A stretch of 64,000 bases of DNA from Felis catus (lineage: Eukaryota): positions 170,750,001 to 170,814,000 of the forward strand of contig NC_058368.1 of NCBI RefSeq assembly GCF_018350175.1, read 5' to 3'. Below, piece after piece: positions 39,843 through 53,016 of the stretch. The notes under the pieces were generated by a model. That model made no database searches, was not told the origin of the DNA, and saw only the letters and a list, made by a program, of their open reading frames with translations. The position numbers and the translations under genes were made by a program. Positions within the stretch are counted from its first letter, which is position 1. The number at the start of each line of letters is the position of its first letter.

Positions 39843-40769
39843 TCCCCTACCTTAGAATTTTAGTAATATACATTATATATTTTATAATTGTGAATTGTTA
39901 GTAACCAAACACTATCATTCTTCAAGGTATTTTGTAAATACTGAAGGTAATTTTATGGGTTTCAGTATTGTAATGCTGCTTTGTTAAAGCCATCTGTTGA
40001 TGCTTCTGAAGATGCTAATTATAGTAGCACTTGGAAGCTAATTTCAAGTAGCAATAATGACTGTTCAGATAGCTACCCATTGACTTTTATGGTGTGCTTG
40101 ACTGTTATTTTCTAGAAAAACATCACTTATTGTGAGTGGCAGGGTCAGGGCTCAGTCCCCCTCCTGACCTTTCCAGGAGTTTGGAGGGGGAAGTCAGAAG
40201 CAGGAAGGAAATACTAACTTCTGGAACAAGAGACATATTGGAAAGATGTGAGAGATGTGGCGGTCAAGATACACACCTGTGTGACCTTCAAGATGTGACA
40301 CCTGTACCAAACTCTGAGACTTCGTTTCAAAAAGAAAGCAAATGGCCCTCAGCATATCTATCTGGGAAAGACTCTGCCCTGTTTTGTCTTTTTCTGGTTT
40401 CTCAGTCATGTATCTGCTCGTTTCTCTTTAGTCAACTTCTCCCTTTCAGCTCTACCTCCCATTGGTTTCTTCGGTTGGCATCACTTTGACTTGTAGTCAA
40501 GGTTTTGTCACTCAGTTTACTCTCTTTGGGTTGGTTTTTGATGCTCCATTTTTTCTCTAAGTTCCCTCTTCTACGATTCTTATCTGCTACTCCCTTCTCA
40601 GCGTCCACTGAAGACATGACCTGCACCTGATTTGACCTAGGCTCCAGCATTCAAGGGAGGAGAAAGGAGACTGTGTTTGCATTTTTTCTTTCACTTAAAT
40701 TATTACTAAATTTTTGTTCTTCTCTGTCGCCTTTCTATTTTAAAATGCATGATGTTAAATTTTCTGGAA

Positions 40770-41207
40770 TAGTACTTCTCAGGCTTTTGGGCATTAGGAA
40801 CCCTTTATACTCTTCAAATTATTGAGATTCCAAATGCCATAAACATTTGCTATATTAGAGATTAGAACAGAATTTTTAAAGTATTAATTAATTAAAAACA
40901 TAACAATAATAAACCCATTACATTTTAACATAAATAGTATTTTTTATGAAAATAACTATATTTTCCAAAATTAAAAAATACATTTGAGAAGAGTAGCATT
41001 ATTTTGAAAATCTCTTTCCTATCTGGCTTAAGAGAAGAACATTTGATTCTCGTCTGCTTCTGCATTCCATTTGTGGTTCTGTTTCAAGTACAGATAAAAA
41101 ATCTAGCCTTACTCAGATATGCAACTAGAAAAGAGACAGCCTCACATATGCCCTGAAAGAATCTCAGGGATCTTGAAGGGTCCTCTCATCACATTTGAGA
41201 ACCATTG
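40770..41207. mobile_element. hAT-Charlie (Charlie1-like) internal-deletion derivative
   Basis: Degenerate TIRs tagtacttctca / tgagaaccattg with Charlie-like subterminal sequence. Confidence 0.65.
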
Positions 41208-41404
41208 ATCGGGAGTACACTGGGAAAATAATTATCATTTAAAAATTATTTTTAAAAAGAAATTAGTTCTGAATTCAAAGCAAGTAACTATATCAGAAGA
41301 TTGCCAGTCCAAGCAATCTGGTGTGTTCTCAGCATTTCTACAGTTCAGATGAATTAATTGTCAAATAGCTAAAATGTAATAAAAATGTTTAAAAACTCAT
41401 CCCA

Positions 41405-41623
41405 GGGGCGCCTGGGTGGCGCAGTCGGTTAAGCGTCCGACTTCAGCCAGGTCACGATCTCGCGGTGCGTGAGTTCGAGCCCCGCGTCAGGCTCTGGGCT
41501 GATGGCTCAGAGCCTGGAGCCTGTTTCCGATTCTGTGTCTCCCTCTCTTTCTGCCCCTCCCCCGTTCATGCTCTGTCTCTCTCTGTCCCAAAAATAAATA
41601 AACGTTGAAAAAAAAATTTTTTT
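41405..41623 (+). mobile_element. Young felid CanSINE (SINEC_Fc-type)
   Basis: Near-identical to the copy at 15543; perfect TSD aaaaactcatccca at 41391-41404 / 41624-41637. Confidence 0.96.
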
Positions 41624-42074
41624 AAAAACTCATCCCAATATGTAATATATGGGACACAGCATGGTAAAAAAAGAAATTTGCTTAAAATGCATAATTTTAT
41701 TAGAAAAGCATTTGTTTAATATCAATATATCATGTTAAAAAATTAAAGGATCCCACTGACTTACTTTATATTGATTAGAAATCTATGAAAACAAGAAGGA
41801 AACCTTATATTGCATAAACTCTAAATGTATAGTGAGAATAAATTTGAATACTATCGGTCTTTTTTCCCTGTTTTTAAAAAACTTTTATTATTTAAGTACA
41901 GTTTACACACAGTGTTACATTAGTCTTGAATAGTAACAGTCTTAAATAAGAAACACTCAAGTTTTTAAAAATTTTTAAAGCATTATGCGATAATGAACAT
42001 TATATTTATTTTGTAATAATGAGGAAACCTTTATTAACCTGAAGAGAAGATTGTGATAAAAATAATCTGTATCC

Positions 42075-42310
42075 ACTGCATGCCTCTTATATGAGGCACC
42101 TAAAATAGGCCAACTCATAGAAGTAGATAATAGAATCGTTACCAGTGGGTGCGTGGAGAGGAGGAGTTGTTCAAGGGGGTACAAAGTTACAGTTATCCAA
42201 GATGAGTAAGTTCCAGAGACTGTTGCACAACATAATGCCTACAGTTAACTATACAGTCTTGTGCATTTAAATATTTGTTAAGAGGGTAGATCTCATATTA
42301 AGTGTTCTTA

Positions 42311-42346
<36 letters not shown>

Positions 42347-42500
42347 CACAACACAAAAGGACACAGGAAACTTTTAGAGGTTATGTTCATTAGTACAAGC
42401 ATAGAAATATGTCCAAACTCACCAAATTGTATACGTTAATTATACGGGGGTTTTTTGGATACCAACTATACCTCAGAGCTGGAAAAAAATAATAAAAAAA
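42075..42500 (+). mobile_element. Old L1 (L1MA/MB-like) 3' end with embedded (CA)n
   Basis: tttgttaagagggtagatctcatattaagtgttcttaccac and a typical terminus followed by an A-rich tail. Confidence 0.7.
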
Positions 42501-42681
42501 TAATGAAAATATTCTCTATCCAAATTTTCTTCATAAGCCATCTGCAGAAACTGAAATAGAGCGCACGGCAAGAACTTTTTGGAAGAGATCTGTCATGTCA
42601 TCTGGCTGTTCTAGAAATGCCTCTCTTTTTTAAAGATCTTTCATTTAATACAAGTAGGGTATTAAAAATGGTCCCTGGTAG

Positions 42682-42890
42682 GTGGCTCAGTTGGTTAAGC
42701 GTCCGACTCCAGCTCAGGTCATGATCTCATAGTTCGTCGGTTCGGGCCCCACATTGGACTCTGTGCTGACAGCCCAGAGCCTGGAGCCTGCTTCAGATTC
42801 TGTGTCTCCCTCTCTCTCTTCCCCTCCTCCACTCACACTCTGTCTCACTCTGTCTCTCAAAAATAAATAAATGTAAAAAAAATTTTTTTT
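42682..42890 (+). mobile_element. CanSINE, slightly 5'-truncated
   Basis: Starts at gtggctcag; TSD aatggtccctggtag (42667-42681) / aatggtcactggtag (42891-42905). Confidence 0.92.
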
Positions 42891-43504
42891 AATGGTCACT
42901 GGTAGTAGCAGACTCTATTCCTTTGGCTCTCGCAATTTCAGAGAAAAAGGGAATACATCTTTCTTGAAATTTGAGCAAAATTTCTGGTGAGGGCCCCGAC
43001 TGGGATGACTTGGATCTGGTAGGTATTTGTGACTCAACCACGGTGACCAGGGAGGAGTACTTTGATTGGTTTAGCTGGGTTACGTGCCCACCTGTGTGAG
43101 AGAAAGGCAGGTGAAGTGATTGACCACCCAGTGGGGTTGGGACAAGGGTTCGTAAGAGAAATGAAGAGGAGGAGGAGACATAGGTTGAGATGAACTTTTT
43201 GCCTTAGTGGTGAGAGTAGTGGTGTTTTAAATAGGGCCAAGCAAGAGGTCTGACAAGTTGTGATCCACATTTGTAACTAGTTCTACTTTATGTCTGAAGC
43301 AGAGAAGAAAGACCTGCAACTGAAAAAAAAAAAAAAAAAGGTGGAGTAGGAGGAAGGAAGAGACACAAAAAAGCTCAGGAATGAGCCTCTACCAATTTCC
43401 TGATTCACCCAGGTGGTTTTTGCTGTTTCTGATTCTCTGCCACAGTTAAGACATTTCTAAGGTGGGAGTTTCTTTCAGTTTCTCTCTTTCATTTTGCCTT
43501 CTAG

Positions 43505-43567
43505 GTGGACAAAAAAATCGTAAGAACTGAGATAGGAGTTCTTCTTCGCCTCTCACATCCAAACATT
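43505..43567 (+). CDS. CAMK4: CAMK4 coding exon (exon 3 equivalent), 63 nt, VDKKIVRTEIGVLLRLSHPNI
   Basis: tttctctctttcattttgccttctAG acceptor and GTAAGT donor at 43568. Continues the previous exon in frame (alphaC helix, HPNI motif). Phase 0-0; missed by the ORF track. Confidence 0.97.
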
Positions 43568-44264
43568 GTAAGTCATTTTTAATCTTCTATTTCAAAAATT
43601 TTCAAAGTTATAGAATGGGGTTTTTCTTCTTTGCTGGCCATGCTATTAATGAGATAGGGATTCTTCCACCACCATTAGGCAGCCGTGGCCTGCCCCTTGT
43701 CCTCATCTGATCACATTTTTTAATTCAGCAGCTGAATAAATCTTAAAAATAATACCCCTCGAAAGAGTCTCAAAATGGACAGATCAGCAATACATGCCAT
43801 CTTTGTTTTCATGCATGAAAGGGTAACTAAAAATTGAAGTTTTGTTTCACTCTAAGAAAACACTGGCTTCCTCCTTTTGTGTGCCTATCTTATTAATATG
43901 CCATTGCTGAAAAAGCCTGTGAAGAAAATGCATTGCTTTCCAAAGTCATTTCAGTCTCCTTTGAGAGAGGATCTACTTCAGAAACAATGTGAAGATTCAA
44001 ATAAATGATGTATTTCAATGGGGAAAATAACATGTCCTCAGAAGCTCTGCTCTAGGCTATGTCCAGACAAAGGTGCTGAGGGAAAGGTCTGGCAAAAAGC
44101 TTTCTTGAGCCAATGAAGTGAAAAGAACAAAATTATTTTCCAGGCCATAACTTGAACTGAGCCAACTACTTAAAGACAATATTTTACTCATTTCTTGAAA
44201 AGGTTATGGTGTCTAGGAGGATGACCTACAATGCTTAGTTAGGCTCCAAGCAAAGTGCTTAAAA

Positions 44265-45024
44265 CTTAACGTATGGGTTAGCAATGCAGTCAGCTATAAG
44301 TAACAAAAACTTGAATATGGTAGTGTAAACATATGTTTTCTTATGTTATAATCAGAAGGCAGGCAGTTGCTGGCATTGGTTCAGCTCCTCAGTGATGCTA
44401 TTCAGGACCCAGACATCTTCCACCCTCACGCTGTTCCTTCATTGTCCTAAATGGCTGCTCCACAGTTTTCACAGGTCTTCAGGCCTATACTCAAGACAAA
44501 AAGAACTGGAGATGCCTGGGTGGCTAGTCGGTTAAGCATCCAACTCTTGATTTCAGCTCAGGTCATGATCTCACAGTTTGTGAGATAGAGCCCTGGGTAG
44601 GGCTCTGCACTGACAGCATGGAGCCTGCTTGGGATACTCTGTCTGCTTCTCTCTCTGCCCCTCCCCTGCTCTCTTTCTATCTCTCTCTCAAACAAATAAT
44701 CTCTAAAAGAAAGAAAGAAAGAAAGAAAGAATGGAAAAGGCTTCGCCAGCAGAGTATGATGAGAAGAGTAGAGGCTTTTTCAAAATTTCCAGCTGCATCA
44801 GAATTCTCTTCAGATTTTATTGGCCAAAGCTGGCCACAAGATCATCCCTTTCCAGTTCCACAAGATGATGGAACTGGAAAATTGGGGCAGGACTATCCTA
44901 GGTGGCTTAGACCAATCATGATCCATAATTTGAAGCTAGGCATCTTGCTTCTCTATACAAAATCTGCTTGCAATAAAGTAGGGGGAGAAGAGCTTTGGGT
45001 AAGCAATTAACAAAATTTGCCACA
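44265..45024 (-). mobile_element. Old MaLR (MLT1J/K-like) LTR, interrupted by a CanSINE
   Basis: Degenerate MLT1-like motifs (cagctataagtaacaaaaac, caggacccag, attggccaaagctgg). Boundaries approximate. Confidence 0.55.
44508..44727 (+). mobile_element. CanSINE with (GAAA)n tail, inside a MaLR LTR
   Basis: SINEC head and body in the 2.1-kb intron between exons 3 and 4. Confidence 0.9.
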
Positions 45025-45725
45025 TACAGTCACAACTTTTACATTATCCATCTTTTTCTTTCAACAATAAGTCAATGTAGAATTTTCCTCAAATGTGGAT
45101 GAGTCCTGGTCACTAGATTCTCTGATATATGGAGGAAAATATCCAAAATTGGGTGAGTTATCTGAGTGTGATGCGAGTCTTGTTATAGTCAGTCAAATCA
45201 CTGCCATCACTACTTTTCTGAGGATCCCTTCATCCACCAGCAACATTTTAGCTGTTGAGAGGTATCCTTTCCATATGGACAGACTTTAACCTGGTCCTGT
45301 TCTGCCTCAGACCCCTAATTCCAAGTTCCCTTCCAGGAGAAAGAGGCATTTACATCACTAGCAACCATGATGCTTTCAAATGTTTCAAGAAGCTTTGTTT
45401 GTTTGCTTTCGTTTTTTAATTCCAGAGCATTTCAGAAATTTTGATGTTTTGGCAAAATTTAGGAAGTGCTTCTAGGGCAGTTGTCTTTGAATTGTCAAAA
45501 AGAAAAATATAAAAACTCAAAAGGACCTTTAAAGAAATGAGGCAGTAACTGGTCAAAACAACCAGAGAGTGAAAAATGGCTACTGTTACCAGAATGCGGA
45601 AACTTTATTGATGATGATCCAATATATTGCTATTACAGAGAGTGTTGTTTTAGTCACAGTGTTAGCTCTTTCCTACAAGGATGAAAATAAGGAATTTCTG
45701 ATGTATTTTTAATATCTTTCCCCAG

Positions 45726-45808
45726 ATAAAACTTAAAGAGATATTTGAAACCCCTACAGAAATCAGTCTGGTCCTAGAACTCGTCACAGGAGGAGAACTG
45801 TTTGACAG
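45726..45808 (+). CDS. CAMK4: CAMK4 coding exon (exon 4 equivalent), 83 nt, IKLKEIFETPTEISLVLELVTGGELFD(R)
   Basis: atctttccccAG acceptor and GTAAGA donor at 45809. In frame with exon 3; encodes the kinase hinge LELVTGGELFD. Phase 0 to 2. Confidence 0.97.
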
Positions 45809-46660
45809 GTAAGATGGTCCTAGAAATCTAACTCAAGAAACGTTTTGTTTCCAGGCACCAAAAAAGTATCAAAGGGAAATTTCTTCTGATGATTTTCATA
45901 ATGACACATCGTACAACTTGATAAATTCTACCGAAATATATCTTCAGAGGAGTATACAATGGAAGGAGAGTGTTATTTAATATAATGTGGGTGTGTGAAA
46001 ATTTGGGATGCTTAGTAAGTGAAAAATGAAACACCGTAATATCCATTTACTCTTGCAAACATTTACTTTCCCATTAAAAACAGAATTTCTAAAGACATAC
46101 TAGATTTAAACTAAATAGTAACATTCATGAGAATGTTTCATGAAAAAATATTTGATGAAAATTATAGAAAGTTAAACATGTAATAGTATTCTCTGTTATG
46201 ATCCAAAAGCTTATAAAAATCAATACACTTCAAATGATTTTTTTTAAGGCCTTGTTTCTCTATTAGGCTGTGTAGAGTTCCAAGAGGCAGAGTATAACCT
46301 ATGCTGTTATGTCCAGTTATAGCCAATTTCAGTTGTCTGGTCATCTGTTCATCACTCGAGGCAGAGGTTTGAGGATGCCAAGGAATATGCCTAAAAACCT
46401 GGTGGAGCATAATATAGGCAAACAATATGTACAAGAGACACAACCTTTAAGTTTCCGTGCCTTTCGCACCTTCCCCATTTTTCTGGGACAATTCCCTATT
46501 TACCTAGATGGGCTCTTAGGAGCCCTATGCTGTGCTCTTTTGGGTAGTCAAAAGAGAATGGAATTGGAAGAAGACAAAGTGACTAAATAGGCATATATGA
46601 GTAAGAGTTAGAAGCTGGGTACTAATACAAAGCTCCTGTTGGTTAAGAATGCATTAAGAG

Positions 46661-46887
46661 GGGTGCCTGGGTGGCGCAGTCGGTTAAACATCCGACTTCA
46701 GCCAGGTCACGATCTCGCGGTCTGTGAGTTCGAGCCCCGCGTCAGGCTCTGGGCTGATGACTCAGAGCCTGGAGCCTGTTTCCGGTTCTGTGTCTCCCTC
46801 TCTCTCTGCCCCTCCCCCGTTCATGCTCTGTCTCTCTCTGTCCCCCCAAAAAATAAATAAACGTTGAAAAAAAAAATTAAAAAAAAA
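46661..46887 (+). mobile_element. Young felid CanSINE (SINEC_Fc-type)
   Basis: Perfect 16-bp TSD aagaatgcattaagag at 46645-46660 / 46888-46903. Confidence 0.96.
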
Positions 46888-47360
46888 AAGAATGCATTAA
46901 GAGAGAAGTGGGCTGCAAAGAGAAGACAGGAGAAAGATTGAGGGAACTACTGATAAAGCATGAGTGCCTGGCGCATAGTAAAATCCTCAGTGTTTGCTGA
47001 ATGAATGAGCAACCACTATAATGAATAGACTGTAAGGAGAAAGAGATCTGAAGGGGATAGGGTTAGAAGGTGTCAGAAGAGGAGCACTCCTACCTTTCCT
47101 CCCCACCCAGACTCTACCTAGTTTAATTTGATGCCTGCATGAAGCTTCCAAAGATATTCATGTTCATTTTCAAAGGTTCTGTCTGTTTTTAATGTTACCT
47201 AGTGCAGATTTGGGTCTTCAGATAGGAAGGAGTAAAATGGTCCAGTTTGATTGGAGCTACATGTGTATCTTCAATAGATAAATAATTTTGTTTATATATA
47301 CATTGAAATGTTCTTGGAACAAGTTATGTGGTTTATCAGACTTTAAAAATTGCATATTTT

Positions 47361-47531
47361 GGGGTACCTGATGGATCAGTCAGTTGAGCATCCAGCTTTG
47401 CCTCAGGTCATGATCTCGCGATTCGTCGTGAGTTCGAGCTCCTATGTCAGGGCTCTCTGCTGTCAGCACAGAGTCTGCTTGGAATCCTCTGTCCCCCTCT
47501 CTCTGCCCCTCCCTGACACATGCTCTCGCTT

Positions 47532-47579
<48 letters not shown>

Positions 47580-47605
47580 AAGTAAATGAATATTAAAAAG
47601 AAAAT
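47361..47605 (+). mobile_element. CanSINE
   Basis: Diverged head, long (CT)n, A-rich tail. Confidence 0.88.
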
Positions 47606-49033
47606 TTTAACATTTTAACTAAAGACATATACTTCTTGTGGCATTTGGATGCATGTCTAGATCTTGACTTAAAAGACAAATAGCTAACTAAGAGTGATTT
47701 ACTTAACCTCTCTGAAACTCAGAACAAATTTGAAGTGATTCTGTGTTGCTAAGGAAGCTGAGACACTGATCCACTGTAAGAATAAAGACCATCATGTTTC
47801 CTTATGTTTAGTGAAGACTCTTCTAGACTGATTAACTTGAATGTTACCAGAATTTGCCAGAAATGGCTTCTTTTTTAACACCTCTATAGCTAACTCTTTC
47901 ATGGACGTATTTCTTCTTTAGGCACATTAATAGAGTCAATTTATAGTTCAATTCTGCTGCCTTTGGAGTAAGAAGTTCTCTCTAAGGAGAACTAACATAT
48001 CATCTGCTAATTATAGTCTATCAGAGAGAAATGCCATGTTCTTTAACTGTAAATAACTACAGGACAGGAATGGCACACTAAAGCCATCATCTACCAATAG
48101 CACTTACTATTTACCTTCTTACCTCTATTTGTTCAAACTATTTTGGAATTAAGTCTTCCTGTCCCTCTCCAACCTTTCATGAAAAGATTTTGTTCTCTCA
48201 TCTTGTAGTAGTCTAGTTGATTTGATGAGACAGAGTTAATTCAGCTCTAGATAAAAATGAAAAACTAAATACTGTTGAGAAATTTCATTTACAGAGGTAA
48301 ATGGATGAAATATTCAGATTTAGCAGAAGACATCTAAAGAATGGCAGACAGCCAGTAAAGCACTCAATCACTTAAAAACTCTTAGTGGTCTTAGATCCCA
48401 GACTTTTTCCCCCCTTGAATGTTGTTGTCCACATATCTATTGCCATATCTGAGATGAACTTGGTTTCTCCATTAGATTACTTAATTCTACAGTTATCTTT
48501 AAAATTGTATCAAGTTGAAAATATACCCCGTGTTATTATCCATGTATTTCTTTCTTTCTTGAGAGTTATAAATCATAATAGTGTTTTGTTTTGTTTTTTC
48601 CTGTACTTCAGTCAGAACCAAATTCATTTAATTGCAATGATCAAAATTCATTCCTGGTCTAATGATGACGTTAATAGTTTCTAATGAATTAACTAATGGA
48701 ACAATTGATGAAGAGATGATTGTGTTAGCCCATTAGAGCCAAAATGCTTGTATTTTAGTAGCAAAAAAATCTATTCCATGGTGCTTCTAAAAAACTAAAC
48801 ATATAAAAATTCAAGTGGAATCTGCTGTTGCATGTAGAATATAAATAGTAAAGTGCACAGGACAATTGATTAAAAATTTTGGAATCAAGTCAGTGATTTT
48901 TTTTGTGTACAAGAAAATCCCCCCAGAAAGTCCTTTACAAAATTGAGACATGATGGGAAAAAGAAAGCTCCAGAGGTTTTCTGCTTCATCTTTCTCAATC
49001 TAGTCATCTTCTTAGAAATTCACTGCATTTTTT

Positions 49034-49259
49034 GGGGCGCCTGGGTGGCTCAGTCGGTTAAGCGGCCGACTTCGGCTCAGGCCATGATCTCGCGGTCCGT
49101 GAGTTCGAGCCCCGCGTCAGACTCTGTGCTGACAGCTCAGAGCCTGGAGACTGTTTCAGATTCTGTGTCTCCCTCTCTCTGACCCTCCCCCATTCATGCT
49201 CTGTCTCTCTCTGTCTCAAAAATAAATAAAAAGTTAAAAAAAAAATTAAAAAAAAAGAA
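49034..49259 (+). mobile_element. CanSINE (young)
   Basis: Perfect 20-bp TSD agaaattcactgcatttttt at 49014-49033 / 49260-49279. Confidence 0.96.
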
Positions 49260-50929
49260 AGAAATTCACTGCATTTTTTAAATTGACAAAGTGTGAGATT
49301 GGTTGCTTTAAGAGTAAATTTTCCTTTTTTTTTTTTTTCAGAGAATGATTGTATTTTAAAGCAGCCAAGTTAGAAGTATACTTACAGTCTTCTAATTATA
49401 TTTTTGAAGAAGTATTTTTTTCCTGATTTTTGTCTAACTCCAGTACCAGAATATGTTATGGATTTTTAAATTGTCTCGCTTTTTCTGTTTTCTCCTTGGG
49501 TTTTTGCTTGCCTGATTATGCTTGCTTAGATGCCAAACATTACATATAAAACATTTTGGAATATGAGGCTTTAAATGCTGTAACCTTCCAAAAAAGCAGA
49601 TTTTCTTTTGCGGGCAGTTAAGGTAAGGAGCAGATCACTTTCATTCAATCAGGTATTTGGTTGATTCAAAGTGGAGCTTCCTGAAGGGAGATCTAGTTCT
49701 TATCAACTCCTACTCATAGGGTTTTGATCTTTAAGGGTTCCAATTTAAGCCAGGAGTTGTTCCAAACCCTTTTTCTTGACACACCCTAAATGCCAGCTTC
49801 TGTTCCTTCCATCTTGTGAGATGGCCAGAAGCTTTGTTCATCTTTTCAGCCTGTTAGCTACTGATATCGAAGCAGTAAATGCCTTTAAAGGAAAAGCGGA
49901 GGCATCAGATGTTAAGTTTGCTTTGCTGGGTTTTTTCTTCCCTCCTGGACCTTGGCTCCTAAATCCTTCACTTTCTTGGTAACTCTGATGTCTTCAAATA
50001 TATTTAAAAAAAAATTTATTTAGCTTGTTTTCATTGTTCTTGCCTGGAGGCTTGTCTACCCCACTGTTGCTGAGAACAAAAAATCAATATATTTGGTTTT
50101 AAAATTCCTTTCCCAGACGCTCATGTGTTCTCCTCTTTTATATCAAGGTAAGGAGGATGAAAAAGCATTGTCCCCACTTTACAGATGTGGCAACTGAGGA
50201 TGAGTAAAGGTAAATGATTTTCCCAAATTAGGCATCCAGACTATGTTCTGGTCCAGCTCTGCCTTCTCATATGGCCCCACTGTCTTTCTTATTAAATCCA
50301 GTTAGTTCCTTTCGAATCATTTCCCAGAGAGCAAACTCATGTTTATTCTATTTATGGAGAATCCATGATGTATTGGTTGGTTCTATGCAAAGCTATATAT
50401 GTATTTAACCCACTCAATCGCTCTTCACGTGTTTTGAGGTATTATTCTAATTTTTTCAAGAGAATAAACTGAAGAAACTAAGCCATAAAGCCAAGCTTGA
50501 AACTCCTATCTATTTGACTGCAAACTTTTTTTTAAGTTCTCCAAACTGAAAATATTCTTTTTAAAAACTGCAAATGGTCAGTAAGCAAGAGAAGTAGTAG
50601 TTATGTTTGGGAACTATGCATTGACCCTTTTAATCACCTGACAGAGTCCTAGTATATCAGCCCCAACAGTCATCTCCAGTTGAATATTTCAGGGGTCTTA
50701 GTGTTGGCAGAAATGGAATTTTAAGGACATGGTCATTAGAAAAATTTCTAGAAATAGAACTTAGGGTTTTCCTTGCCCAGTCTCCACAGAGTTGTACCAT
50801 GGTTGGTATTGTGGTTAAACCAAACTCAGATTATGTCTGAATTTATAAAGACTGTCGTGTCAAAAATTGATCATTGTTATTAAAGTGAAAAATCCATAAG
50901 ATCTGTCTGAAAAGGATAATTAGTTACTA

Positions 50930-51190
50930 TATCGAGTGCCTGTTGGTGTCCTGGAAGTGGTTGGGCATTTTACTAAGCGTGATCTCATTTAATCCTCACG
51001 GCAACACATGTACAAGGTAGGCCTTGATGTATACATTTTATTGACCAGATAACTGAGGATTAGAGAGGTCCTTATTAACTACGGTTAGGTCACTCAGCTT
51101 ATATTGGGTCTACAACAATAATTTAATGAGATTGGAATCAAGTATGTCAGATTCCAAAGCTTATGACTATTCTAGCGTGTCATGCTACTG
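50930..51190 (-). mobile_element. MIR SINE
   Basis: atctcatttaatcctcac...cattttattgaccagataactgagg reversed core. Confidence 0.65.
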
Positions 51191-51320
51191 CTATGTAAGC
51201 AAATGTAAACACTCTTAGTACTTAAAAATAGAACTTCAAAATAGTAATGTAATATTTTGTCTTACTTCAGTGGGGGCTTAACTTAAATATTAATATGTAT
51301 ATATTCAACCATGGATATTT

Positions 51321-51560
51321 AAAAAAAATTTCAATTAAAAATTTTTTTAATGTTTTATTTTTATTTTTGAGAGAGAGAGGGAGAGAGAGAGAGAGTAATC
51401 AGAGGAGGGGCAGAGAGAGAGGGAGACACAGAATCCCAAGCAGACTTCAGGCTCTGAGCTGTCAGCACAGAGTCCTGTGGGGGCGTCGAACTTGCGAACC
51501 AGGAGATCATGACCTGAGCCGAAGCCGGAGGCTTAACTGACTGAGCCACCCAGGTGCCTC
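51321..51560 (-). mobile_element. CanSINE, the only antisense copy I found
   Basis: (GA)n and reverse head ctgagccacccaggtgcctc; 15-bp TSD caaccatggatattt at 51306-51320 / 51561-51575. Confidence 0.95.
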
Positions 51561-51762
51561 CAACCATGGATATTTTAAATACATCTTCTCTTTAAGCAGT
51601 TTTATCTGGCTATATGTGAAGAAAACATATACTTCGATTTGGACCAGATTTATAGTCTTTCTAGCAGCTGGGCTATAAAGGGAAGGATAAAGGTGAGGTA
51701 GTAGTAGGAGACACAGGATAAATGGAGGTTTATTTATTATTTTAAGCTGGCACACTGGGAAC

Positions 51763-51948
51763 ACATTTATTTGCTGATAGGAAGGAACCCACAAGCTGGA
51801 GAGGTAGGAAACATCTATGTGAGAGGGACTTATATATGGAACAACATGCTGATAGGAAGGAACATTTATTTGCTGATAGGAAGGAACCCACAAGCTGGAG
51901 AGGTAGGAAACATCTATGTGAGAGGGACTTATATATGGAACAACATGC
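51763..51948. repeat. Perfect 87-bp direct duplication with a 12-bp templated junction
   Basis: 51763-51849 is identical to 51862-51948; spacer tgataggaagga. Confidence 0.95.
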
Positions 51949-53016
51949 CGTGGGAATACGGGGAATAAGATCTGGAGGCAGATAAAAGGATTTGTTTAAA
52001 GTAGAAAAAGTTTCTTCTGAAGCAGAGTCAAGAGGCAGAAGACTCAAAGAACCTGGAGTAGTCACAACAATGTTGCAAAAGAAGAACACAGTTAGAGGAT
52101 TTACTGTTGGGGCTGGAATATAATTCTGCTCTACTTACAAACTAGTAAATTAGCCTGTTATACCTTCATGGGTGTTGGAAAAAGATATGAGACTCCTGGG
52201 TCGGAGACAAAGGACTTTGCTACTCACAGCACATCATGGGCATCAGCAAGTTTTTGTCATTTCCCTTCACCCTGCAAATTCCACAGGGGCAGCACTGCAG
52301 GCATGGGTGGATGCTGTGTTCCAGGAGAGAAAATAACTTAACTGTACATGAACTGGCAAATGAGCAAACAAAATGTGCAATACTGTTCATCAATGAATAA
52401 GAATGTTCCTTCAATACATGCTACAACATACATGGGCCTCAAAAACATTATGCTAAGTAAAACAAACAAACACACAGGAAAGACTGCATATTGTATGTCT
52501 CCATTTATATGGAATTTCCAGAAGGGTCACATCCATAGAGACCAAAAGCAAAGCTGTGGTTGCCTAGGGCTGGGAATAGGAATGTGTTGGGGGAAGGGAG
52601 GGTAGTTTAAGTAGTTCAGACTTGATAAGCTCTATTTTAACAGTATTGTAGAAAAGAAATTTATCTCCTAACAATGGCTGGGAGATAGTGGACTAGGGAA
52701 CTTGAAGGAAATGAAGTTTGTTAGCGGGAACGTGAGAACAGACTAAGGCAAAAATAAGGATTTTTTATTTTTATTTTTAAAATTTATTTATTTTTTAAAT
52801 ATGAAATTTACTGTCAAATTGGTTTCCATACAACACCCAGTGCTCATCCCAAAAGGGCCCCTCTTCAATACCCACCACCCACCCTCCCCTCCCTCTCACC
52901 CCCCATCAACCCTCAGTTTGTTCTCAGTTTTTAAGAGTCTCTTATGGTTTGGCTCTCTCCCTCTCTAACCTCTTTTTTTTTTTCTTCCCCTCCCCCATGG
53001 ACTTCTGTTAAGTTTC

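Noticed and set aside
51763..51948. CRISPR-like or minisatellite array
   Set aside because: Only two copies with a self-derived junction in a mammalian intron; no spacers or cas genes.
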